Source: an uncultured Solibacteraceae bacterium (GTDB lineage: Bacteria; Acidobacteriota; Terriglobia; Bryobacterales; Bryobacteraceae). Taken from it: DNA of 64,000 nucleotides. Of this stretch, positions 17,817 to 27,436 are shown in pieces. The notes below the pieces were generated by a model. That model did not search any database, was not told the DNA's origin, and saw only the letters and a program-made list of their open reading frames with translations. The stretch lies in the NCBI GenBank assembly GCA_963807205.1, contig CAWEAQ010000001.1, positions 450,273 through 514,272 of the forward strand. Reading direction: 5' to 3'. Numbering within the stretch: the stretch's first letter is position 1; every line of letters starts with the position of its first letter. The position numbers and the translations under genes are program-made.

Positions 17817-19037
17817 TTAGTCAAGCTCGGGATCGCTGCCATCCAGCATTTTGACCTTGTTGTGCGCGAAATACTCCCGCGTGAGCGCCTTCATCATCTT
17901 GCCGCGCTGGTCGTAGAGGCGCCTCGATTTGCGGGGCTTGTGCCGCGACAGCGCGTAATGGGTGAGCAGCGGCATAGCGATGGTGGTGTCGGTGTAGCAG
18001 ACCACGGCGTCGGGCAGGCGGTCCGGGTCCACCTTCCCCCAACTCACGGCCTCGCTGGGCGTGGCGCCGCTCAGGCCGCCGGTATCGGGGCGAGCGTCGG
18101 TCACCTGCAGGAAAAAGTCCTGGCCGAATTCCTTGATGCGTAGCACTTCCTGGATCTGCGGTTCGGTCTGCAACGTAAAGTTCTTGGGAGAGCCGCCGCC
18201 CCACAGCACCACGGCGCTGCGCCCGCCGCCGCGCTTGGCGGCCAGCACGTAGGCGGTGGTCTCGTTCACGTCGATAGAGGGATTGATGCGCAGTTTGTTG
18301 CCGCGCAGTTCCACGCCGGCGACGTTCATCCCGATGGTGGAATCGCCGGGCGACAAGGTATAGCACGGCACGCCCGCGCGGTAAGCCGCGGCCAGCACGC
18401 TCGCGTCCTTGATGCCGGCCTTGCGCTCCCACTCGGCTGCGTACTTGCCCAGCAGGTAATGCAACTCGGCAGTGCCCATCTCCTTCTGAAACTCCGGCTG
18501 CACCAGGATGCCGCGCAAGATCTCGTCGGTGGCCATCAGGCAGTCGCTGTAGCCCAGCAGCACGTCGTAAACGCGCACAATGTCGTTGTCGCGCAGGGCC
18601 GTGTCGTCCATGCGGAAATCGCCCATGCGCACCGGATAGTTCAGCGCGAAGTGCAGATCGTGGTAGAGATTGGCGCCGGTGGCGACGATCCAATCTACGA
18701 ATCCCGCCTTGATGAGCGGCACGATCGACGAGCAACCGAGGCCCGCCGGCGTGAGCGCGCCCGCGAAACTCATGCCGATGGTGACGTCGCGTTGCAGCAT
18801 CTTCGTGGTGAAGAGCTGGCAGGCCTCGCGCAACCGCGCGCCGTTGTAAGCCAGGAAGGCGTTGTCGATCACGTCGGCGAGTTGCTCCTCGCCGGTCAGG
18901 TTCTTCGGCTGGATGCGCTTGCCGGAGAGAAACTTCGCCCGGTTGGGACAGGTCTTCTTCTTGAGCCATTCCGGCATCTCGGTAAGGTCTTTGCGATACC
19001 GGTCGTGCGAGGGGTGAGTGGTTTGCTTTTTGGCCAT
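17817..19037 (-). CDS. deoxyhypusine synthase-like protein (candidate homospermidine synthase)
   Basis: DHS-family core is ..[54 protein letters not shown]... ATG 19037 is preferred over TTG 19049. Confidence 0.85.
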   Translation of the reverse strand: MAKKQTTHPSHDRYRKDLTEMPEWLKKKTCPNRAKFLSGKRIQPKNLTGEEQLADVIDNAFLAYNGARLREACQLFTTKMLQRDVTIGMSFAGALTPAGLGCSSIVPLIKAGFVDWIVATGANLYHDLHFALNYPVRMGDFRMDDTALRDNDIVRVYDVLLGYSDCLMATDEILRGILVQPEFQKEMGTAELHYLLGKYAAEWERKAGIKDASVLAAAYRAGVPCYTLSPGDSTIGMNVAGVELRGNKLRINPSIDVNETTAYVLAAKRGGGRSAVVLWGGGSPKNFTLQTEPQIQEVLRIKEFGQDFFLQVTDARPDTGGLSGATPSEAVSWGKVDPDRLPDAVVCYTDTTIAMPLLTHYALSRHKPRKSRRLYDQRGKMMKALTREYFAHNKVKMLDGSDPELD

Positions 19038-19221
19038 GTGGGTTCTCAACGATTTTATCAGGCTTGCGGCGAAAGACCACGCCGCGCGACCGATTGTTCT
19101 CTCACTCCCGGCCCTGGGCGCGCCGCTCCCGGTCTAAATCCTGCCGCTCCCGCGAACTTCCTTGCCGCTCACCGGTCTCGGAACGCACTCTATGAAAGAC
19201 TCATCGAAAGGGGCTTTGGTC

Positions 19222-21399
19222 ATGCGTTTGGGATCTCCCGGGACCGCGGCGGCCACCGCGCTGTTATCCGCAACCTTTCTTATCGCACTGCCGCCGGCAC
19301 TTGGACAATCCGCCGCACTCCCCGCCACTGTGCGCGGAAAAGTGGTCGACTTCAAAACCGGTGAAGCGTTGGATAAGGCCATGGTCTCGATCCGGGATCA
19401 AAACATCGGTTCGACCACCGGGCACGACGGGACATTCGAACTGCGCAACGTCGCGCCGGGGAGCGTGGAACTCACCGTCAGCACTGTGGGCTATGGTCTA
19501 CTGAAGACGCGGATTGACGTGGCGGCCGGAGCGGTGCTTGAACTCGACCTCCTACTAGGCCAGGATGCCCTCAAACACAGCGAACATGTCACTGTGACCG
19601 CCGGCCCGTACGCGCCCCTGGTGCCCGACGCTCCCACTCAGTATTCGCTGAGCGGCACGGAGACCCGCGAGTTGTCCACGGTCCTGGCCGACGATCCTCT
19701 CCGCGCGGTGCACAACCTGCCCGGCGTGTCGGCGAACCAGGATTACTATGCCGATTTCGCGGTGCGCGGCGCGGGCCAGGACCACATCGGCGTGTTCTTC
19801 GATGGCGTGCTGGTGGACCGGCCGTTCCACGCGGTGCGCGACGATGGCGACATCGGCTCGCTGTCCATTCTCAACGGCGACTTGATCGAAGCCACTACGC
19901 TCATGAGCGGCGCTTTCCCGGCCAGCTATGGCGACCGCACCGGCGCCGTTCTGGATGTGCAGACGCGCGACGGCGCCCGCGACCGCATTCAGACGCGCGC
20001 CAGCGCGGGATTCCTGGGCGCGTCCGTCACTTCCGAAGGCCCGCTGGGCAAATCCAGGAAAGCATCCTGGCTGGTCTCCTTCCGCAAAAGCTACCTGGAA
20101 TACCTGATGAACCGCCTGAACGTCAGCGATGGTCTCTCGCTCGGTTACGAGGACGTGGAAGGCAAACTCACCTACGGCCTGACCGAGCACCACAAGCTCG
20201 CTCTGACCGCGTTCTGGGGCGGAGACCAGGTGGTGCGCGCCGTCCCCGACGTCTTTGGGCAGGAGGACAACTACTTCACGCACGGGCACAGCCGCGGCGA
20301 CCTCGCCAGCCTCCGCTGGAGCTGGATCGCCTCGCCGGCAACGCTTCTCCAGACCCAGGTCTCCTGGAACGACGACGCGGAACGCGACCGCAACGGCAAG
20401 AGCCAGACGATTATCGATACCGATTCGCGCCAGTACGCCTTCCGCAGCGACGTCACGCGCCAGTTCGGCAACTGGAACCGGTTCGAGGCCGGAGTTTCGG
20501 ACCGGCGCATCGACGAACGCTACCTGGAAATGTCGCTCTGGAATTTCGCCGCGTGGGCCATCGAGCCGTATCTGATTCCGCTGGCGAATTTCGCGGGGTT
20601 CGCCTGGCAGCCCGGAGGATACGCGGAGGATTCTATCGATCTCCTCCATCACCGCGTGACGCTCCAGGCTGGCGGGCGCTGGGATAAGTTCAGCGTCACG
20701 CGGCAAAGCGTCCTGCTGCCCCACGCGTCCATCACTTGGGCGCCCACGGCCCTGACGCGGCTGTCCATCTCGGCCGGCCAATACGCCCAGTTCCCCGGCT
20801 TTCAGAATCTCTGCGGCGAATTCGGCACGCCGGGCCTGCGCGCCACCCGCGCCACCCACGAAGTCGTCTCACTCGATCGGTTTCTCGCCGGCAAACTGCG
20901 CCTCCACGCGGAGGCTTACAACCGCCAGGAGCGTCAGGTCATCTACTCGCCGGAAACCCAGTTCCGCCTCTTCCCTTGGGGCGGACTGGATTTCCCGCAG
21001 CCGGGCCCGGTCCTGCAGAACGCTCTCCAAGGCTACTCCCGCGGCGTCGAGATCGCCGTGCAGCGCCGCAGCGCGAACCGGTTCTCGGGTTGGGTCAGCT
21101 ACTCGCGTTCGTACAACAAGTACTGGCAGCCTGGCACCGATCTGAGCTTCTGGGGGGATTTCGACCAGCGCAACACGGTCACGGCCTACGGCAGTTCGCG
21201 GCTTACGTCCAGGCTCAGCGTGAGCGCCAGCGCGCGCTACGGAAGCGGTTACCCGCTGGCCGGTTTCCTCGATGGACCGCTGAATCTCAACCTGGGGCCC
21301 TCCGGCCTGGTGGCGTTTCAACTTACCGAACTCCCCAACCGCACGCGCCTGCCGGCCTACCAGCGGGTGGATTGCCGCACGAGCTACCTGCAGCCGCTC
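19222..21399 (+). CDS. TonB-dependent-receptor-like outer-membrane protein (CarboxypepD_reg + plug + barrel); no stop codon of its own, apparently 3'-truncated
   Basis: Signal peptide is MRLGSPGTAAATALLSATFLIALPPALG. CarboxypepD_reg-like segment is ATVRGKVVDFKTGEALDKAMVSIRD..TTGHDGTFELRNVAPGSVEL. Plug-like segment is LADDPLRAVHNLPGVS..FAVRGAG...VFFDGV. The barrel runs to ..NRTRLPAYQRVDCRTSY (21346-21387). The frame stays open into the next gene. Confidence 0.7.
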
Positions 21400-23066
21400 A
21401 TGCCTCCCGTTTCGGACTTGCCGTGGGCCATTCGAGACGCGCTCAACTTCGGCCCTGCTCCTCTTGTCGCCGACGTATTCTTCCAGGAGGAGCGCGGAAA
21501 GCTGCGCGGGATCGCATGGTGGAGATTCGGTCCGATCGTCCTGTATGCGGCTTCCGCCGCCGCGCTCGCTCTCACCGTGATTGCCCCGTTCTGTGTTCCC
21601 GGCTGGCGCGGTTTGCGCATGTGGTCCTACCCATCCTGCACGGCAATTCTGGGTGTTTCGAGTGCGATTACCGCGCTACTGATTTGGCGGACCAGGCATT
21701 CCGGAGACCCGGAAGTGAAGCGCAAGCTCGCCAGGTGGGTGGTCGCGGGTTTTGGCCTGCTGGGGGGCGTCCACCTCGCGCAACTCTTTTGCAACCCCAT
21801 GTGGCTCAGCGCAATCGAGAGCCTGGTCCCGGGCGCTTTGCTGTTCGTTCTGGCTTACTACGTTCAGCCGCTGACTTTCGACGTGCTGATCAAGGAAGTC
21901 CCCTTCTCCTACTTCGTTCTGGTGGCCGTGTATCTCTCCTGGTGGGAATTCCCGGGCATTCCGTTTCTCGGCGGGCGCAACGCTTTTCCATGGTTCGTCC
22001 TGTGTGTGTGGCCGGCCATCGCCGCGGTGCCTTGGCTCCGCACCAAGTGGCTGCGCTGGATCGATGCGACACTGTTCCAGCGGCGGTTCACCCCGGCCGA
22101 AGCCAGGACCATGTTCCTTGCCGGTCTCGAAGGCGCCATTACGGAAGAGGAATTGGCGCGGAGCGCGTTGAGCCAGATTTTCGGATCCGCGGCTCGCATC
22201 TCTCTGCCCGCCGCCGCGCCGTCCGCGGACAGGGCGGGAATGCATGCCGCCATCCGTGCGGGCGGCGAGGTATGCGGTTCCTTCCAGGTGGCCTCCAGGG
22301 CCCGCATCCCGCGGTTCATGGGCGCCGACATCGCGCTCCCGAACTCGCTGGCCAGCGAGTTCTCGATTCTGCTCGATAATCAACGGCTGCGGGAGAAGAA
22401 GATCGAGCAAGAGCGCCGGGAGAAGGACCTGCAGATCCTGGCCACGCGCGCCGAGCTGAAAGCGCTGCGGGCGCAGATCAACCCCATTTCCTCTTCAACT
22501 CCCTCGGCGCCATTGCCGGGCTGATCTCGCGGGATGCTTCGCGCGCCCGGGAAACCGTCGAACAACTGGCCGAAGTATTCCGCTACACGCTCTGCCGCTC
22601 GGAAAACGAATGGGTACGGCTGGCGGATGAGATGGACTTCGTGGCCGCCTACCTGGACGTGGAGCGGTCGCGTTTCGGCGCCCGTTTGAAGATCGAGATC
22701 GCCGTAGAGGAAGCCGCGCAGCAGGTCATGGTCCCGGCCATGGTGATGCAGGTGCTTGTCGAGAATGCCGTCAAGCACGGCGTCTGCTCGGTGCCCGGGG
22801 CGGGGATCGTGCGCATCCGAGGGGAATGCCACGGAGACGGGCTGCTGCTGGAAGTTCGCGACAACGGAAACGGGTTCAAGCCCGGAACGCGCGCACCCGG
22901 CGCCAATGGGGCGGGATTCGGACTGCGCAATATCGAAGACCGCCTGCATCTCTACTTCGGGGACCGGGGCGTGCTGCGGACGGGCCGCGAAAACTCCATG
23001 ACCGTGGTGGCGATCGAATTCCCGGCGCAGCGCGCGACGGTCCCGGCCGAAGGGGCGCGCGCATGA
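21400..23066 (+). pseudogene. LytS/YehU-type sensor histidine kinase (6 TM + His_kinase + HATPase_c), interrupted by a 1-nt frameshift at 22482-22485
   Basis: The upstream frame reads ..AELKALRAQINP then goes out of frame. The +1-shifted frame from 22485 reads HFLFNSLGAIAGLISRD..FRYTL.., then N-box LVENAVKHG, DNGNGF and GFGLRNI, with stop TGA at 23064-23066. One extra C in the C4 run would restore QINPHFLFNSL. The start (ATG 21400) is tentative because the frame is open from the upstream receptor-like ORF. Confidence 0.75.
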
Positions 23067-23803
23067 TCCGCGTCTTGCTGGTGGATGACGAGCAGCCGGC
23101 GCGCGATCATCTGCGCGAATTGTTGGCTCCGCATGCCGACATCGAGATTGCCGGAGAAGCCGAGGATGGCGAACAGGCCGTCGATAGGATCGCGGAGTTG
23201 ACGCCGGACGTGGTCCTTCTCGATATCCAAATGCCCGGCTGCAGCGGACTCGACATTGCGGCGTCTCTTCCTCTGCCGCGCCCCAAGATCGTTTTCTGCA
23301 CGGCGTTCGACGAGTACGCCGTGGATGCCTTTGAAGTGCACGCGGTGGACTACCTGCTGAAACCGGTGAACCGCGTGCGGCTTGCCAAGGCTCTGGATCG
23401 CGTCCGCCAGACCGTCGTGCCCGCTCGGGACGAGGCCGTGGACCGCTTGCTCCGCGCCCGCCCGCTCCCGCAGCCCCGCTTCCTGGTCAAGCAGGGCGGC
23501 CGTTACCGCGTGGTTGCGGAGGAAGAGACCGGCTATTTCTCCATCCACGATGGCCTGACCGCGCTCCACTCCGCGGGCCAGCGGTGCTGGATGGATGTGA
23601 CCTTGGCCGAGTTGGAGAGGCGGCTGGACCCGGCGGGATTCACTCGTATTTCCCGCGAGCATGTGGTCCGCATCGCGGCCATCGCCGAGGTTCTGCCGCT
23701 CGCCGGCGGCCACGCAGAGGTCGCGCTGCGCAACGGAGATCGCCTGCCGGTCAGCCGCCGCCGCCTGAAGAATCTGTTGGACGTGCTCGGCACCTTCCGC
23801 TGA
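23063..23803 (+). CDS. LytR/AlgR-family response regulator (REC + LytTR)
   Basis: ATG 23063 overlaps the kinase stop as ATGA. REC region is MIRVLLVDDEQPAR..DVVLLDIQMPG..VDYLLKP. LytTR region is ..RFLVKQGGRYRVV..ISREHVVRIAAIAEV.. Confidence 0.9.
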   Translation: MIRVLLVDDEQPARDHLRELLAPHADIEIAGEAEDGEQAVDRIAELTPDVVLLDIQMPGCSGLDIAASLPLPRPKIVFCTAFDEYAVDAFEVHAVDYLLKPVNRVRLAKALDRVRQTVVPARDEAVDRLLRARPLPQPRFLVKQGGRYRVVAEEETGYFSIHDGLTALHSAGQRCWMDVTLAELERRLDPAGFTRISREHVVRIAAIAEVLPLAGGHAEVALRNGDRLPVSRRRLKNLLDVLGTFR

Positions 23804-23882
23804 AACCCACACGCCGCCGCGATCTTTGGTATAACGGAAGCCCGGCCCCAAAACTTCACCAGGACCGGACGGAGGAACGCTC

Positions 23883-24275
23883 ATGGGACTCAACGAACGG
23901 CGCAAGATCAAGGAACTTCAGGATGTAACTTTTCCAGGGCGCGTCAAAGAGATCGAAGAGATCTGCGGCGCGCCCATTCCCTACGAGGTGGATTGGGACA
24001 GCCTCGCCGACGACGCGCCGGGGCTCAACTTCATCGACAACCTGTCGTGCCATCGGCTCAACATGGCGCTGCGGTCGATCTGCCTGGACGATATGGGGAA
24101 GAGCGCCGTGCGCGACGGGCTGAAGCTGGTGAAACTGAAAAACGTCAAGGACAAAGCGGACATGAAGATCGCCTTCGCTGGCGGAGTTCTGGAGATGCAC
24201 TGCGCCTACGCGCTGGGCGCCGACGGCATGTTCAACGATAACGCGATCCGCGAGGTTCTCGAGAAGAACCTGTAA
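23883..24275 (+). CDS. hypothetical cytoplasmic protein (130 aa)
   Basis: Clean ATG ORF 79 nt downstream of the LytTR regulator, with protein-like composition (MGLNERRKIKELQDVTFPGRVKEIEEICGAPIPYEVDWDSL..). No family was recognised. Confidence 0.55.
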   Translation: MGLNERRKIKELQDVTFPGRVKEIEEICGAPIPYEVDWDSLADDAPGLNFIDNLSCHRLNMALRSICLDDMGKSAVRDGLKLVKLKNVKDKADMKIAFAGGVLEMHCAYALGADGMFNDNAIREVLEKNL

Positions 24276-24289
24276 CTGCGCCGGCGCGC

Positions 24290-24655
24290 CTACTTACACG
24301 AGAACTCGGACTTGCCCACGATCTCGTTGTTCTTGTCCATCTCGAAGGTGAACGTGCACTTGCGATACTCGGTGGGAACGGTCACGTCTTTCACTGCATC
24401 GGTCCCGCGGTAGCGGCAGCGCACGAAAACGGGCATCGACCGGTAGTCCTTCACGTTCCACACCTGCGTGATCTTGCGGCCGGACTTGTGTTCGTCGTCG
24501 GGCGCCAGGTCGTACTCTTCTCCGCCGGGCTTTCCATTGTAGATATTGATCCGCAGGAATTCGTGATCGCCGGCGGGGCAGATAAGCGGCGGGGGAGTCT
24601 GCGCGGCCAGCGCCAGCGGGAGAGCAAGCAGAAATAGCGGCAGGAACGGTCTCAT
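24290..24655 (-). CDS. small secreted Cys-containing protein of unknown function
   Basis: Trimmed to ATG 24655. Signal peptide is MRPFLPLFLLALPLALAAQ. The mature part of about 100 aa has four Cys (..LICPAGDHEF..VFVRCRYRGTD..YRKCTF..SEFSCK). Confidence 0.6.
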   Translation of the reverse strand: MRPFLPLFLLALPLALAAQTPPPLICPAGDHEFLRINIYNGKPGGEEYDLAPDDEHKSGRKITQVWNVKDYRSMPVFVRCRYRGTDAVKDVTVPTEYRKCTFTFEMDKNNEIVGKSEFSCK

Positions 24656-24686
24656 GGCACACCCATGATATCCGAGTGGCCTCACC

Positions 24687-26270
24687 GTGCGCTATAGTCG
24701 CTACGGGATGAGTCCCGAAAACGAAGAGTTCGAGTTCACTTTGTGGTCGCCCACCTCACGGGGGGTGATCGCCATTTGGCGGGACGGCCGGCTAATGCAT
24801 GGCGGCAGGTACGAGACGCCGCTCCACGAAGCAGCGCCCACGGCAGCCGACTGGCAGACGTTCTGGGAAGCCGTGGACCTTCTGCGCGTTTGGGAGTGGG
24901 AGCCATCCTTCGCGCGCGATCAGGCGGCGGACGGATGGGGATGGAGCCTGCGTATTCGGCGCGGCGCGCGGCGCGCGGAGTGCACTGGCTACCGCGCCAA
25001 GCCGGTTGGCTTCGACACGCTTCGCGAATTGGTGCGGCGGCTCACGGGAGCCGGACTCGCCGAAGACGTCGGCGGCCTGCTCGCCGATGCCGCCCGCGCC
25101 GGGCAGGCGTTTGACGCGCAGGCGGACGCCGTCGAGCCGCTGCTCGATCTGTTGAGCGTGGCGGCCAATGGGTTCGATGAGGAGCGCGCGATTCGGGCGC
25201 TCGGCCGCCTGGGGTGGCCGGCGCTACCGGCGATGCCCGCTCTCCTGGCGGCGTTGCGCGGTAGCCCCGTTGCGCCGCACGCGTTGTTGGCAGTCGCCCG
25301 CTCGGTGCAGTCCGCCGACCCCGCGGCCGTCGCGCCGCTGCTCGATGAGGCGCTGCCAGTGTTGACCCGTGCGGCCTGGGACACGCAGTTCGGTGTCGGC
25401 GTGTTGCTCGAAGCGCTGGCGCGGATGGCCCCCGATCGCCTGCCCGCCTTTCTGCGGCATCCCAACCCCCAGGTGGTTCGGGCCACGGCGCTCGCCTACG
25501 TAACGGTCGGGTTACCGCTTCCCGCCGACGCCTTCTCCGCTCTGATGGAGACGCTGCGCGAGTGCAATGCTGCCGCGAGCGGCACCGGCCCCGTGGTGGA
25601 AGCCCTGCGCCTGCTCTTCCCCGGCGCGGGTGAAGATGCCGCTGCGGCGCTGCTCGCTCCCCAACTACAATCAGCGGATTTGCGGGCGCGCCAATGCGCA
25701 GCCGAAGGGATGGCCGCCGCGGGGGCGCACGCTGGCGCGGCGGTGGAAGCCATCCTGCCGTCGCTTCGCCATGCCGACAGCGCCACGCGCCGCTGGGCGA
25801 TCGAGGCGCTGGCCTTGTTCCGCGCGCACGCCGCCGCGGCTGCGCCCGCGCTATTGGCAAGCCTTGCCAGCGAACCCGAGCCGGATACCCGGTTGGCCGC
25901 CGTCAATACGCTCCGCGACTTTCTGTCGAACTGGGCATTTAGGAGGACGTCCCCGCCCCTGGAACCGCTGGTGGCCGAGGCTCTGGCCACCGCGCTGGCC
26001 GGCGACACCAGCCGAGACGTCCGCCATGCCGCCGCCGAAACTGTCCTGCGCATGGGCCCGGCGGCGGCCGGCGAAGCGCCCGCGCTGCTCGCCGCGTTCT
26101 CCACCACTGGGCTGGATGCGCGCACGCGCGTCGAGATCGCGCGGGTCCTGCGCGCCATCGCCCCCGAAACGACCGCGCGGACCATCGGCGGGCTTGAGGC
26201 CATCCTAATGGATTCCGACGACGACAGCACGCGCCTCGCGGCCGCCGATCTGCTGGATCAGTTCGAGTAG
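24687..26270 (+). CDS. HEAT-repeat protein with unassigned ~120-aa N-terminal domain
   Basis: The C-terminal 400 aa are Ala/Leu-rich HEAT-like repeats (..ATRRWAIEALALF.., ..DTRLAAVNTLRDF.., ..DVRHAAAETVLRMG.., ..TRLAAADLLDQF). The N-terminal region is EFEFTLWSPTSRGVIAIWRDGRLMHGGRYE..WEWEPSF..DGWGWSLRIRRG. The start is GTG 24687 or ATG 24708. Confidence 0.7.
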   Translation: MRYSRYGMSPENEEFEFTLWSPTSRGVIAIWRDGRLMHGGRYETPLHEAAPTAADWQTFWEAVDLLRVWEWEPSFARDQAADGWGWSLRIRRGARRAECTGYRAKPVGFDTLRELVRRLTGAGLAEDVGGLLADAARAGQAFDAQADAVEPLLDLLSVAANGFDEERAIRALGRLGWPALPAMPALLAALRGSPVAPHALLAVARSVQSADPAAVAPLLDEALPVLTRAAWDTQFGVGVLLEALARMAPDRLPAFLRHPNPQVVRATALAYVTVGLPLPADAFSALMETLRECNAAASGTGPVVEALRLLFPGAGEDAAAALLAPQLQSADLRARQCAAEGMAAAGAHAGAAVEAILPSLRHADSATRRWAIEALALFRAHAAAAAPALLASLASEPEPDTRLAAVNTLRDFLSNWAFRRTSPPLEPLVAEALATALAGDTSRDVRHAAAETVLRMGPAAAGEAPALLAAFSTTGLDARTRVEIARVLRAIAPETTARTIGGLEAILMDSDDDSTRLAAADLLDQFE

Positions 26271-26309
26271 CCTGCACGCGCTCGCCGCTTCCGGTTATCC
26301 TCGACTCAT

Positions 26310-27398
26310 ATGCCAAAATCGCAACTGTCGGCCTGGCGGAGCCCCGCCTCGCTCGGGTACTCGATGCCCGCCGAATGGGAAACCCACGCCGCCACCTGGC
26401 TCGCTTGGCCGCATCACCCCACGGACTGGCCCGGAAAGCTCAACACCATCCGCTGGGTCTACGCCGAAATCGTGCGCAAAATAGCGGCTGGCGAAACGGT
26501 GCGCCTGCTGGTGCGGTCGCGCCAGGAAGCCCGCAGCGCCGCGCGCTATCTGGAACGCGCAGGCGCCGACACGGCTGCCGTCGAGATCGTCGCCCACCCC
26601 ACCAACCGCGGCTGGATGCGCGATAGCGGCCCGCTCTTCGTCCGCCGCTGCGTGGGCAACAAGCTCGAAACCGCCATCGTGCATTTCCATTTCAACGCCT
26701 GGGCCAAGTACTCCGACTGGCAGAAGGACCGCCGCGTGCCGGAGATCGCCGCGCGCCGCCTCTCGAAGCCTCTCTTCGACGCGCAGGCCGGCGGACGCCC
26801 GTTCATTCTCGAAGGAGGCGGCATCGAGGTCAACGGCAACGGCACGCTCGTCACCACCGAGGAGTGTTACCTCGATCCCAAAATCCAGGTGCGCAATCCC
26901 GGCATCGGCCGCGCGGAGTTCGAAGCCGCCCTGCGCCAGTGCCTGGGCGTCACCAATGTGTGCTGGCTCGCTGGCGGCCCGGCCGGTGACGACACTCACG
27001 GCCACATCGACGATATCTGCCGCTTCGTAAACGCCCGCACCGTGGTGCTGATCCGCGAAGACAACCCCGCCGACATCAACTGCCGCGTGCTGGCCGAGAA
27101 CTGGGAACGCATCCGGGACATGCGCCTGGAAGACGGTTCGAAGCCCGAGGTGGTGGCGCTGCCCATGCCCGCGCCGCTCTACTTCGCGGGGGACCGCTTG
27201 CCGGCCAGTTACGCCAACTTCTATATATCGAACGCCGCCGTGATCGTCCCCACCTTCAACGATCCCAACGACCGCGTAGCTCTGGGCATTCTGGGCGAGT
27301 TATTCCGCGACCGCCCGGTGGTGGGCATTCACTGCGTCGATATGATCCTCGGCTACGGCTCGGTGCACTGCCTTTCGCAGCAGCAGCCCGCGGAGTAG
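26310..27398 (+). CDS. aguA: agmatine deiminase
   Basis: Family blocks are MPAEWETHAATWLAWPH...DW, EGGGIEVNGNGTLVTTEEC, DDTHGHIDDICRFV and the catalytic Cys block GSVHCLSQQQP. Confidence 0.9.
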   Translation: MPKSQLSAWRSPASLGYSMPAEWETHAATWLAWPHHPTDWPGKLNTIRWVYAEIVRKIAAGETVRLLVRSRQEARSAARYLERAGADTAAVEIVAHPTNRGWMRDSGPLFVRRCVGNKLETAIVHFHFNAWAKYSDWQKDRRVPEIAARRLSKPLFDAQAGGRPFILEGGGIEVNGNGTLVTTEECYLDPKIQVRNPGIGRAEFEAALRQCLGVTNVCWLAGGPAGDDTHGHIDDICRFVNARTVVLIREDNPADINCRVLAENWERIRDMRLEDGSKPEVVALPMPAPLYFAGDRLPASYANFYISNAAVIVPTFNDPNDRVALGILGELFRDRPVVGIHCVDMILGYGSVHCLSQQQPAE

Positions 27399-27436
27399 GC
27401 CGCCCGCCGGGCCTCCGAACCTGATAGGTTGGACGA

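Noticed and set aside
19555-20859. 434-aa minus-strand ORF; also the 547-aa plus-strand ORF 20736..22379
   Set aside because: They overlap the receptor-like/kinase reading frame. The translations are Arg/Pro/Gly-rich with no recognisable domain. I also checked them as a possible continuation of the truncated barrel and found no beta-barrel-like sequence.
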